Assembly: GCA_030390025.1 (NCBI GenBank)
Contig: CM059426.1
Coordinates: 20,522,001-20,586,000, forward strand
DNA length: 64,000 bases
Direction: 5' to 3'
Origin: Squalus acanthias
Taxonomy: Eukaryota
A program made the translations under genes and the position numbers. This document shows, piece after piece, positions 1 through 10,844 of this stretch (position 1 is the first letter of the stretch; each line of letters starts with the position of its first letter). The notes beneath the pieces were generated by a model. It made no database searches. It was not told the DNA's origin and saw nothing but the letters and a program-made list of their open reading frames with translations.

Positions 1-625
1 CGGCTGGGTTCTGATGGGGTGCCCTGATGGCCACGTGTGTGCAGTCTTTGACGCCCTGCACCCATGGGAAGCCAGCCAGACTGACAAAGCCAAGCGCCCA
101 CTCGGTAACACTGGCTTCTTCAGTGGAAAAGTGGATGTAATTGGCGGACTTGTCAAAGAGGGCATCGGTGACCTGCGTGATGCATCTGTGGGCGGCCGAC
201 TGGGAGAAGCCGCTAATGTCTGCTGCAGATCCCTGGAATGAGCCTGACGGAAAGAAGCTGAGGGCGGTGGTGACTTTGACAGCCACTGGTAAGGAGTGTC
301 CACCAGCTCCTCTGGGCTGCAGGTCTTGATCGAGCGTTGTGCAAATGTCTGCGACTACCTGTTGCGATAGTCTCATCTTCCTCTGGCACTGCTGCTCAGT
401 CACGTTGAGGAAGCTCATCCTCTGCCTGTCAACCCTGTGTTGGGGGTATCTCCTGCGGCGCGGTGCAGCCCTGCGCTAATGCCCTCTGCCCTGTGCAGCA
501 GCAGGTGGTTGAGGAGATGGTTGGCGCTCTTGTTGGTGCTGCTGGTGTGCCCGGTTCTGCTGCTGCTGCTGTTGATCGTGGTCAGATTCTGAGGACCAGG
601 GTGAGAGAGTATAAAGCGTTCCCAT
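1..625 (-). pseudogene. PIF/Harbinger (HARBI1-like) DDE transposase, N-terminal part, inactivated
   Basis: Manual minus-strand translation from ATG at 625: [102 protein letters not shown]. The DCTH motif is typical of Harbinger transposases. In-frame TAG at 476-478. The frame runs off the window edge and is absent from the ORF track. Confidence 0.85.
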
Positions 626-1151
626 TCTGCTGTTATATATGGCAGATGAGGAGGAGATGTTAGAAGCAATCTGTCAATGGGGAGAGAAGTTATTCCAAGG
701 AGGTGACAGTGGATATAGAGTTTACACCACACACTTACAGCCTCAATAAAGATCAAATGTGTCTTCCAAATCCTGAAATCAGCAACTTCTGACATTGGAA
801 AGTGGACAGATGTGAAATGTTAGCTGTTATACTACATTTACAGCTGTGAACTATTCAGCTCGATTGAACTCTCGACCTACTTACCTGACGTGATCTCCGA
901 ACGACGTGAACCTCGTTAAAAATGTGGTAAAATAGAAATAGGCTGGCAAAATAGTAGTTAACAAGCGTTTAACTATCTTAAATGCCTCTCCCGCCGCTTG
1001 GTGTCGGGTCTGTTCTGCAATCGCAGACCCTACACTTTGGAAACTTACATGGAGGCAGGTTCGGAGCTGTCAACCCACTGTCAATCATTTTGATTTTGAC
1101 AGCGGACCTGCCTCCGAACCCGCCCTCTGAGCGCCGGCAAAATCGCAGCCC
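1..1151 (-). mobile_element. Harbinger DNA transposon, 5' end
   Basis: Contains the transposase relic. Ends in a TIR-like GGGCTGCGATTTTGCC (minus strand, from 1151) resembling the MITE ends at 46049 and 7933. Subterminal inverted repeat at about 1051-1073 vs 1097-1114. Confidence 0.75.
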
Positions 1152-1417
1152 ATATATCGAGATAAAAGCAAAGTAGCTAGCAAAGATTTTAAAACAGATG
1201 AAAGCCTTTGGAGGTACTAAATAAGTGATTACTAGAGAATTTAAGATATATGGCATTAGGGAATGGATAGCAAATTGGATTAAAAATTGGTTGGTGGGGG
1301 CAGGGGAAGAGAATAGGAGTTAAGAGCAGTTTTTCAGTGTGGTTGGAAGTGGATAGTGGTGTCCGACAGTGTTCAGTTCTGGGGCCACTTCTGTCTATTG
1401 TGTATATCAATGATTTG
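1152..1417 (+). mobile_element. Old, internally deleted CR1 RT fragment (near-copy of 48149-48425)
   Basis: Degenerate SGV.Q.SVLGP.L..VYINDL motif; aligns by eye with 48149-48425. Confidence 0.75.
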
Positions 1418-1737
1418 TGGGGAAGAGCAAAACTGGAGGCCATCAACATAAGATAGTCACCAATAAATCAAATAGGGAATTCAGAAAGAAACCTCTTTAC
1501 CCAGAGAGTGGTGAGAATGTGGAATTCGCTACCACAGGGAGTGGTTGAAGCGAACAGTATAGATGCATTTAAGGGAAGGCTGGACAAACATGAGGGAGAA
1601 GGGAATAGAGGGTTATGCTGATATATTTAGATGAGGAAAGATGGGAGGAGGCTCGAGTGGAGCATAAATGCCGGCATGGACTGGTTGGGCCGAATGGCCT
1701 GTTTCTGTGCCGTATATCTTATGTAATCCTATGTAAT
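1418..1737 (+). mobile_element. CR1 LINE 3' fragment
   Basis: FRRNLFTQRVVRMWNSLPQ coding end, 3' UTR hairpin ggccgaatggcc, and (atcctatgta) tail. Confidence 0.9.
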
Positions 1738-3183
1738 ATGCCCATATTTATCTACCAGTTGCTAGAAATCATTTAACAGGAGGGTGCTGCATCAATAAAC
1801 TAGATACTACAAATATTAATTGTAAAAGGGTTGTTTTCTAATCCAAGATTTACTATGCTGTACTTGCTGGAGCAGATCCTAATACCAGATGGATTGTTAT
1901 TTTTAGAATTTCATGTTTCTATAAGAATTACAGAATGCAAATTTATTTCTGAAAAACTTGCATTTTACTTTTCATGCCTCAAGCTTTGAAATTTTTCAAT
2001 TATGTTCCAGTTTTATGATCCTCTGCATTATTCATTGTCAAATAAGATTAATAAGAAAGAAGAGACTTCAATCTTTGTTAACTTTTCAAAAACTTTCCCT
2101 TTGATCGAAAATAAAAAATGCTGCATTCATCTTTTGCCTATGATGTATGGAAAGAAAAAAAGACTCCATCAATGTGAAAGCTAATGGCAGGTCAGCACCA
2201 AAGCTGGAACTCCTCCAATTCATAATGTAATAAATATCAATGGAATGAGCCGTTACTAATGCTCAGACACAGGGGTCTTTGCATTGGGATCTCAATATTT
2301 CCAGCTGACAAAATTCAATGGGAATAATCACCTGCTTGAAAACAAAACAATCCTTCCGTTGATAAACTCAAAAGAAAGTTATGCTAAATTGTTTTCAGGC
2401 TGAGCAACAAAGTGCACTTGGGATACATTTAACTGACTGTAAACTGCAATGTTTTCTTTGCCATTATTTTGTTACAAGAGGGAACATCTCAGATTGTAAA
2501 TGCGACAAATTAAAATGTGGTACAAACGAATAAGCTATATGAATGCATTTACAACAAATATTAATAATGTAACAGACAATATTAAAACAATAAATGGTAT
2601 CTGCAAGGGAAATGGCACTCAAACAATTAAATATTCACGTCAATAAATTTCACGATGCTCACTGGAGAGTTTTTGAGACATTTAAGTAATTTTTTTTACT
2701 AATGTAGAGACTGCAATTTTAGTACAGGATTAAAATCTCTGCTGCGTTACTTAACCATGACACATTTGAAAAACAGGCCTTTAGGTCCCACAGAGATATC
2801 TTTCACGTCAATGGCTAAAATAAATGTGATTCAAGCATCTACTACAGCCTGGATACATTACTGACCCACGGGGAAAACTGCACAGTTAAGCAAATTTTTA
2901 ATAATGACACACGAGGAATATTCTGTATTGCCACGAAACGTGCTAACGAGAAACAAATCACATATCCGCAATACAGCGAGGGACCTGCAAATGACCCCAC
3001 AGTTATTCCAATAATCCCTTGGGGGTTCTCCTTAATTCTCAGCAGAAAATCAAGTATCCAAGGAAGATTTAATCATCTGCCTGAACAATTTGTCACACCA
3101 AAAACTCAATCAAACATCGTGGTCAAATGCCCGGCAAGCTTTTCTTCTCATTAGACATGATGAGAATACTGGCCTCCTTCTTT

Positions 3184-4540
3184 CATTATAAAAGATGTAA
3201 TAGCAGAGCACTTGGAAGACAGTGACAGGATCGGACAAAGTCAACATGGATTTACAAAAGGTAAATCGTGCTTGACTAATCTACTGGAATTTTTTGAGGA
3301 TGTAACTGGTAAAATAGATAAGGGAGAACCAGTGGATGTGGTGTATTTGGACTTTCAGAAGGCTTTCGATAAGGTCCCGCATAAGAGATTAGCATGTAAA
3401 TTTAAGGTATATGGGATTGGGGGCAAGGTATTGACTTGGATAGAGAACTGGTTGGCAGACAGAAAGCAAAGAGTTGCAATAAACGGGTCTTTTTCCGAGT
3501 GGCAGGCAGTGACTAGTGGGGTACCGCAGGGATTGGTCCTAGGACCCCAGCTATTCACAATATGCATTAATGATCTAGACGAGGGAATTGGATGTAATAT
3601 CTCCAGGTTTGCAGACAACACAAAGCTGGGTGGGAGTGTGTGCCGTGAGGAGGATGCTGAGAAACTCCAGTATGATTTGGACAGGTTGGGTGATTGGGCA
3701 GAAGCATGGCAGATGCAATATAATGTGGATAAATGCGAGGTTATCCACTTTGGTGTCAAAAACAGGAAGGCAGATTATTATCTGAATGGCAATAGATTGG
3801 GAGAAGGGGAAGTGCAACGAGACCTGGGTGTCCTTATGCACCAGTCGCTGAAGGTAAGCATGCAGGTGCAGCAGGCGGTTAAGAAGGCAAGTGGTATGTT
3901 GGCCTTCGTAGCGAAAGGGTTCGAGTACAGGAACAAGGATGTCTTGCTGCAATTGTACAGGGCTTTGGTGAGACCACACCTTGAGTATTGTGTGCAGTTT
4001 TGGTCGCCTTATCTGAGGAAGGATGTTCTTGCCATGGAGGGAGTGCAGCGAAGATTCACCAGGCTGATACCTGTGATGGCAGGAATGACGTATGAGGAGA
4101 GATTGGGTCGATTGGGCTTATACTCGCTGGAGTTTAGAAGAATGAGAGGGGATCTCATTGAAACTTATAAAATTCTAACAGGACTAGACAGACTAGATGC
4201 AGGAAGGATGTTCCCAATGGCCGGGGAGTCCAGAACCAGGGGTCACAATCTAAGGATAAGGGGTAAGCCATTTAGGACTGAGATGAGGAGGAATTTCTTC
4301 ACCCAGAGAGTGGTGAACCTGTGGAATTCTCTACCACAGAAGGCAGTAGAGGCCAATTCATTAAATATATTCAAGAAGGAGTTAGATATATTTCTTAAAA
4401 CTAAAGGGATCAAGGGATATGGAGAGAAGGCAGGGACAGGGTACTGAATTTGGATGATCAGCCATGATCTCATTGAATGGCGGAGCAGGCTCGAGGGGCT
4501 GAATGGCCTACTCCTGCTCCTATCTTCTATGTTTCTATGT
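3184..4540 (+). mobile_element. 5'-truncated CR1 (HER1-like) LINE, RT domain to tail
   Basis: ORF 3212-4447 has QHGF, LDFQKAFDKV, GVPQG and FADN (catalytic D to N); (tttctatg) tail. Confidence 0.95.
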
Positions 4541-4957
4541 GCTGTAACCATTCTATGATTCTATGATTCGAAGGCATCTGGGGCTTGGGAAGAGGAGGTA
4601 ATATGAATTAGGTATCGGGAGCACACTAGCATTGAGCAGAAGATTTCTACTGACTTGGAACCATAGCACTTTAGAGAACAGTAGGAGGCTGTTCATCCCA
4701 TCGAGTGCATGCTGGATCTTTGTTAGACCTATCCAAACCTTATCCCAGCATCCTGCTCTCTCCTCTTTGTAGCGAAACTTACCCAGTTTCAACAATTCAC
4801 GTTAGACCAGTGCAAAGTACACAATTTCCAACTGCCCTTAATTGGCCATGCTAATCAGCCTCCAGTCACATACAACATACACACAAACTACTGCTGGGAA
4901 AGCACCAAATCAAATTCCAACACATGCCATGAAAAGTCATGGTTCACTATAATGGAC

Positions 4958-5405
4958 CATAGGAACAGGAGCAGGCCACTCAGCCCCTGGAGCCTGTTCT
5001 GCCATTCAATTAGATCATGGCTGATCTGTATCTTAACTCCATCTAGCCGCTTTTGTTTCCGTAACCTTTAAATACCCTTACCTAACAAAAATCTATCAAT
5101 CTCAGTTTTAAAATTTTCAATTCAACTAGCCTCAACAGCTTTATGGGGGGAGAGTTCCAGATTTCCACTACCCTTTGAGTGAGGAAGTGCTTTCTGACAT
5201 CACCTTGAATGGCCTAACTCTAATTATAAGGTTATGCCCCCTTGTTCTGGACTCCCTCACCAGAGGAAATACTTTCTCTCTATCTACCCTATAAGTCCCT
5301 TGATCCTCCTAAACACTTAAATTAGATCACCCCTTAAACTTCTATATTCAAGGGAATACAAGCCTAGTCTATGCAACCTGTCCTCATAATTTAATCCTTT
5401 TAGCC
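4958..5405 (-). mobile_element. CR1 LINE 3' fragment
   Basis: Reverse complement of the CR1 tail (cataggaacaggagcaggcc) and of the RT C-terminal coding sequence. Confidence 0.85.
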
Positions 5406-6489
5406 ATGAGTATGGCAGACAGAATAACATGATATTTAAAATGAAGGCACTGCCTAAAATAAAATAAAAAGGGGCATCCTAACAGATGCATGGCCCAGGC
5501 CCTGATCCTGTGCTTCATCAGGAATGTGCAGGCTGTTGGGCCGCTTGCTCTGCGTCATACTAAATTTTCATTATGTGTCCTGAATTCATTCAGATGCCAA
5601 TGATTGTCTTGTGTCACAAAAGAGCTGCTCAGAAAAAAGGGAACGATGCTCATATAGCAGCTGCCGGGCATAGCAGTAAGAAACTGATGAAGGCCATTCC
5701 GTGATTAGAGTTGAAGAGTGGGATGCGACACACACCTTCGCTGCCGGCATTCACATGTAATCCCTGACTCTGAAGGGAATCGTCCAAAGGCTAGTGAATG
5801 TCTAATGCTGTGGATGATATTCTCAGTGATGGAACGAAGCCTTTGTCTAACTTTATAGAAGGCAATGATGACAGTTACTAATGGAACATTGAGCACAATT
5901 CAGACAATGTTAACTTGCAGGCTTTGTGTGACAGGTCTCATGATTCTGAATTGGAGGACTTTGAAAAGTATTGTTTTTATAACCATTAATGTTACAGTGC
6001 TGCTTTCACCCCCCATTTCCTGTCGAATTATTGAGTTGCACAAAGCAGTTTAATAAAAGGTGGGTTTCACTGTTCCAGACTCTTTCACAAAGGGTTTTAT
6101 TTAAGTATTGCATGTAAAATGCATCCCCTACTTTATGGACAATTATTTTGAGAAAAAAACGTGCATTATACTCAAAGGTTTATGATACATGAATAAACTG
6201 AAAACAGTCATAGCCCTGTCCAAATAGTCTTTACTCCCTTATCTGAGGAGACTCTTTTTGTGACTGTCATGGTCTCTTTTATACATTGCAGCTGATTTCT
6301 TATTACATTACTGGGTTTCTCTGGATGGGCTTCATCGTCCCTTAGCTGTCTCCCCTGACTTTTTTCCAGAAAGCACTGCTGGGATACAGTCTGAAAGGCA
6401 ACTCTAATATCGTGCCCAAATGGCAATTATTCAGGTAAATTGCAGGCAGGCTATTTAATCATAGAAAGCATCACAGATGATCCTTGACT

Positions 6490-6720
6490 TGTTCTTACCT
6501 TATGCTTGCCCTGCACACATTCCAGCAGGGATCACTGATCAGGAGCAGGAAACCTATTTGATTTTGCCCTCCCTAGCTTATGGACACTGAGGCTAATAGT
6601 GGCATTCTAACTGCTACCCCAGCTGAGATCTGCTAACTCTACACAGGCTGGAAATCAATCCTAGGCCTTCTGTACGGCTTATTCTACCTTGCTGACGTCA
6701 TTCTCCACTAGGCTTTTGAT
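6490..6720 (-). mobile_element. Ancient SINE-like dispersed repeat (unassigned family)
   Basis: Shares motifs (gttagc.gatctcagc, ggcctcagt, cctgctcctgatc) with 53480-53660 and 62900-63240; more diverged pieces at about 14200-14420, 19410-19560 and 55600-55780. Confidence 0.55.
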
Positions 6721-6914
6721 GGAGTTAAGATAAGCTTTAAACTCGCAGTACATTTATTACAGTATATAAATTAGTAGCGGCTTGGGAATAAACAAATGTA
6801 AACATTAGCCGGTTTGATTAAGCCGGTGAATGTGCAGTTTTGGTGAATTATTTTGGTTGCAGTGGTAATAAATACACCGCAATGGTTGCCAGTCTGGACA
6901 ATTGGTTCGTAACA

Positions 6915-7346
6915 ACACGGTGGCATAGTGGTTAGCACTGGTGCTTCACAGCGCCAGGGACCCGGGTTCGAATCTGACCTCGGGTGACTGTCTGTGTGGA
7001 GTTTGCACATTCTCCCCGTGTCTGCGTGGGTTTCCTCCGGGTGCTCCGGTTTCCTCCCACTGTCCAAAAATGTGCGGGTTAGGTTGATTTGACTATGATA
7101 AATTGACCCTTAGTGTTAGGGGGGGATTAAATATGTGGGGTTATGGGGATAGGATGGGATATGTTAGGGGGAATTAAATACGTGGGGTGACGGGACTAGG
7201 GTGGGATATGTGTACTGTGGGGATTAAAGCAGGGACAGGGTACTGGATTTGGATGATCAGCCACGATCGTATTGAATGGTGGAGCAGGCTCGACGGGCCG
7301 AATGGCCTACTCCTGCTCCTAGATTCTATGTTTCTATGTTTCTATG
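6915..7346 (+). mobile_element. V-SINE (HE1-like), full length
   Basis: tRNA-derived head with A box TGGCATAGTGG (6921) and B box GGTTCGAATC (6965). V-domain tgtgtggagtttgcacattctccccgtgtctgcgtgggtttcctccgggtgctccggtttcctcccac. 3' tail nearly identical to the CR1 tail at 4430-4540. Confidence 0.9.
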
Positions 7347-8740
7347 AACCTTAAAGACAGCAATCGTATCACCTCTCAACCTTCTCTTTTCCACAGAGAA
7401 CATGCCCAATTTACATAATCGCTCCATCCCTTCAATAATTCTGGTTTGCTGCATCCTTTCAATAGCTGCAATATCCTTTTTGTACGGCCAGAACTGTACA
7501 CAGTATTCTAAGTGTGGTCGCACATAAATGATTTATAAAGTAACAAGATTACCTCACAATTTCGGCTCAATATTGACCTTTTTATACATCCCAACATCTG
7601 ATTTGCTTGCTCACTGCCACTGAGCATTGTTGTGATCGCTTCAATTTATTGTCAATCAGGGCTTCCAGATCTCTTTCATTTTACATACACATTATTTTAT
7701 TTCCATTTAAGTAATAGTCCCTTTCTGGAATTACTGTCGCCATGTAACTCACTTTGCATTTCTCAACACTGAATTTCATCTGCCAACTGTCTCATGCATA
7801 TTCAAATCCGCCTGTTGCTTGTGTTGTTCCGATGTTCATTCGACCACCTTCATTACCTTTGCATCATCTTCAAATTTAGTCACTGTACTTGTGACTCCTA
7901 GCTCCAGTTCATTTATGAAGATATTAAACATTGGGCCGGAATTTGCAGTCAGAGGCGTATGCCTCCAACCCGAACAAAAATCCAAACCTACCTGCTGGCT
8001 CCCGCTTCGGAGACTTCGGGTCCTGGGCTTGCAGGCCTACGTAAAGGACCAGGGATCCCAGGGACGCAGGCGGTTCGGAAGCATCCCTGGGATCACGTGG
8101 GCCAGGTCCTCCTATCAGAAAGGAGGATTCCTCATAGGCTTATGGGGATTCCATTTACGAATGGAATCTCCATTAGCATATGAGGAATCCCCAAATAATT
8201 AAATAAATTACACAACTCTAACAAAAATAAATGTTCCTATTTTCACATTTAATTAAAAGTCCCTTTAATGAAGCATTTGCAATAAAAATTAAATTTTTTG
8301 AAAAATAATTTAAAATATTTTAATCAGGGTCAAAATTTACATAAACTAATTTTAAATGTTTGTGGATGATTTTTTATTTTTGAATTTTTAAATTAACATT
8401 TATATTAACCCTTACACAGGTGAAAGCAAGCCCTACGCCTGCTTTTACCAGGCATAAGGGTTTTGTGGGCATTTGCTGGGCAGTAGTTGGGCAAATAGCC
8501 CAACTCTGCGCCATCAAAAGTGATTTTCTTTTGGTTCAGAGGATCTGTCAAGGCGAACCTTGACTGATTGCAAGTTCCGGGTTTTCGCGCATGCACAGTG
8601 CATGCGGAAACCCGGAACTTGTGGGGCACTTTACAAGGCTTAAGACAGCGTACGCTGTCATTGGCACCGCAAAATCCGGGCCAATAGGCTCCAAAACAGA
8701 CCCCTGTGGGACCCCACTTGTTCAATATTAATTTAGATTA
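7347..8740 (-). mobile_element. Old CR1 RT fragment interrupted by a MITE
   Basis: [11 protein letters not shown] at 7326-7523 (-); the GVP.GS motif resumes after 8683. Confidence 0.8.
7933..8682. mobile_element. Harbinger-type MITE (750 bp), family A
   Basis: TIRs GGGCCGGAATTTGC / GCAAAATCCGGGCC, flanks ATT/AAT, GC-rich arms with an AT-rich core. Homologous along its length to 49148-49862. Confidence 0.8.
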
Positions 8741-8771
8741 TCTGAGTAAATAAGAGAAAGTTAGCAAGAAT

Positions 8772-9220
8772 GAACTTACATTTATAAAGTGCCTTTCATG
8801 ACCTCAGGTTGTCCAAAGCACTTCACAGCCAATGAAGTACTTTTGAAGTGTAGTCACTGTTGTAATGTAGAGAAATCGGCAGCCAATTATCGCACAGAAA
8901 GGTTCCACAAGCAGCCATGAGATGATGACTATATGATCTGTTTTAGTGATATTGGTTGAGGGATAAATATTGGCCAGGACACCAGGAGAACTCCCCTGCT
9001 CTCCTTCGAATACTGGAAAGGGATATTTTACGTCCACCTGAGAGGGCAGACAGGATCTCGGTTTAATGTCTCAACTGAAAGACGGTACCTCCGATAGTTC
9101 GGCACTCCCTCAGTACTGCGCTGAAGTGTCAGTCTAGATTTTGTTCTTTTGTGCTATAGAGTATGACTTGAACCCATAGCCTTCTGACTCAGAGGCATCA
9201 GTGCTATCACAGAGCCAACG
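8772..9220 (-). mobile_element. Deu-domain SINE (SacSINE1/AmnSINE-related)
   Basis: tRNA-like head at about 9160-9220 (-), Deu-like core (ggaggtaccgtctttcagttgagacattaaaccgag on minus) and L2-type tail (atataaatgtaag-like). Confidence 0.8.
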
Positions 9221-9334
9221 CTAATACCTAAGTTTAGCGTAACTGTTCCAAAAGTACAGTTACTTTAGTTACCCGCACAACTGGTGATGACATCAATGTG
9301 CTCTTCTTACTGACTAATCTGGTGAATATTCATA

Positions 9335-9615
9335 CGAACATATGAAAACGATAGGCAGAAAAAGACCAGCTGGTCCATCTAGCTTGTTCCATACAGTTGT
9401 GATGCCAGATCAAAAACCCAAGGAAAAATCCTCTCCGATTCCTCTAGGTGATCAAAACTAGTCTAGGAAGCCATATTGACCATGGTTTAGATATTTGGTA
9501 ATTACCTCTTGTATGATGCAATCTCCACACCAGCCAGGAACTGGTCCAGTTCTCTATTTAAGGTATACAGTGAATAAACACTCCCCACACAAACCTGCAA
9601 CTTGTTCCATAGGTC
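9335..9615 (-). mobile_element. Old CR1 3' fragment
   Basis: Reverse tail (catacgaacatatg) and a WNKL-like coding remnant near 9600. Confidence 0.55.
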
Positions 9616-9617
9616 TT

Positions 9618-10190
9618 GAACCTTGGTTAGACCACAATTAGAGTACTGCGTACAGTTCTGGTCGTCATACTATAAAAAGGATATAGAGGCACTGGAGAGG
9701 GTGCAGAGAAGATTTACAAGGTCGATACCAGAAATGCGAGGGTATACATATCAGGAAAAACAGGCTGGGTATCTTTTCTCTTGAAAAAAGAAGGCTGAGG
9801 GGTGACCTAATAGAGGTCTTTAAAATTACGAAAAAGTTTGATAGAGTGGATACAGAGAGAATGTGTCCACTTGTGGGAAAGAGCATAACGAGAGACCATC
9901 AATATAAGATAGTCACCAAGAAATTCAACAGGGAATTCAGAAGAAACTTCTTTACCCAAAGAGTGGTGAGAATGTGGAACTCGCTACCACAGGGAGTGGT
10001 TGAAGCGAATAGTATGGATGCATTTAAGGGGAGGCTAGACAAGCATATGAGGGAAAAGGGAATAGAGGGTTATGCTGATAGATTTAGATGAGGAAAGATG
10101 GGAGGAGGCTCGTATGGAGCATAAACGCCGGCATGGACTGTTGGGCTGAATGGCCTGTTTCTGTGCTGTATATCCTATGTAATCCTATGT
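9618..10190 (+). mobile_element. CR1 LINE 3' fragment
   Basis: [13 protein letters not shown] to FRRNFFTQRVVRMWNSLP, plus tail. Confidence 0.9.
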
Positions 10191-10522
10191 CTAACTATTC
10201 TCAGAGAAAAAAACTACCATCTAACCTGTTGCAAGACATATTACTGCAGAAAAATGTCAATTTTACGTAATGTACTTCAATAAACCACCCACCTCTCCCA
10301 AGGCACAGTGCACAAATAAATACAAATACAATGGAATGGTACAAAGGCACACAAACCAGAAAATATTCAGGTCCAATTCTTGATCTATAATAATTTAATA
10401 GATTTAAGCAGGGGTGGGACAAGGCAGGGAAGGTCAGAGAAGCCAAAGATTTGGTTTCTGTGCTCAAAGTTAAAAACCAGATGTAAAAAATATGAGCTAG
10501 GGTTCCTATTTCTCATCCTTAT

Positions 10523-10820
10523 CCATCAATATAAGATAGTCACCAAGAAATCAAATAAGGAATTCAGAAGAAACTTCTTTACCCAGAGCAAGGTGAGAAT
10601 GTATAACTCGCTACCACCGGGAGTGGTTAAAGTGAATAGTTTTGATGCATTTAAGGGGAGGCAAGACAAGCATGTCATGGAGAAGGGAATAGAGGGTTAT
10701 GCTGATAGAGTTAGATGAGGAACAACGAAAGGAGGCTCGAGTGGAGCATAAATGCCGGCATGGTCTGGTTGGGCCGAATAGCGTGTTTCTGTGTTGTATA
10801 TTCTATGTAATTCTATGTAA
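10523..10820 (+). mobile_element. CR1 LINE 3' fragment
   Basis: HQYKIVTKKSNKEFRRNFFTQ plus (attctatgta) tail. Confidence 0.9.
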
Positions 10821-10844
10821 CCCATTCCTTTGTGAAATTTTTTT

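Noticed and set aside
1-625. Host HARBI1 gene
   Set aside because: The in-frame stop, adjacent TIR and insertion into a CR1 indicate a transposon copy, not the domesticated gene.
3355-4551. Recurrent antisense ORFs over CR1 copies (e.g. FTTLWVKKFLL)
   Set aside because: Shadow frames of CR1 ORF2, repeated only because the LINE is repeated.
6915-6985. tRNA gene
   Set aside because: The A/B boxes continue directly into the V-domain and a LINE tail, so this is a SINE head; the same applies at about 9160-9220, 18680-18772 and 55375-55436.
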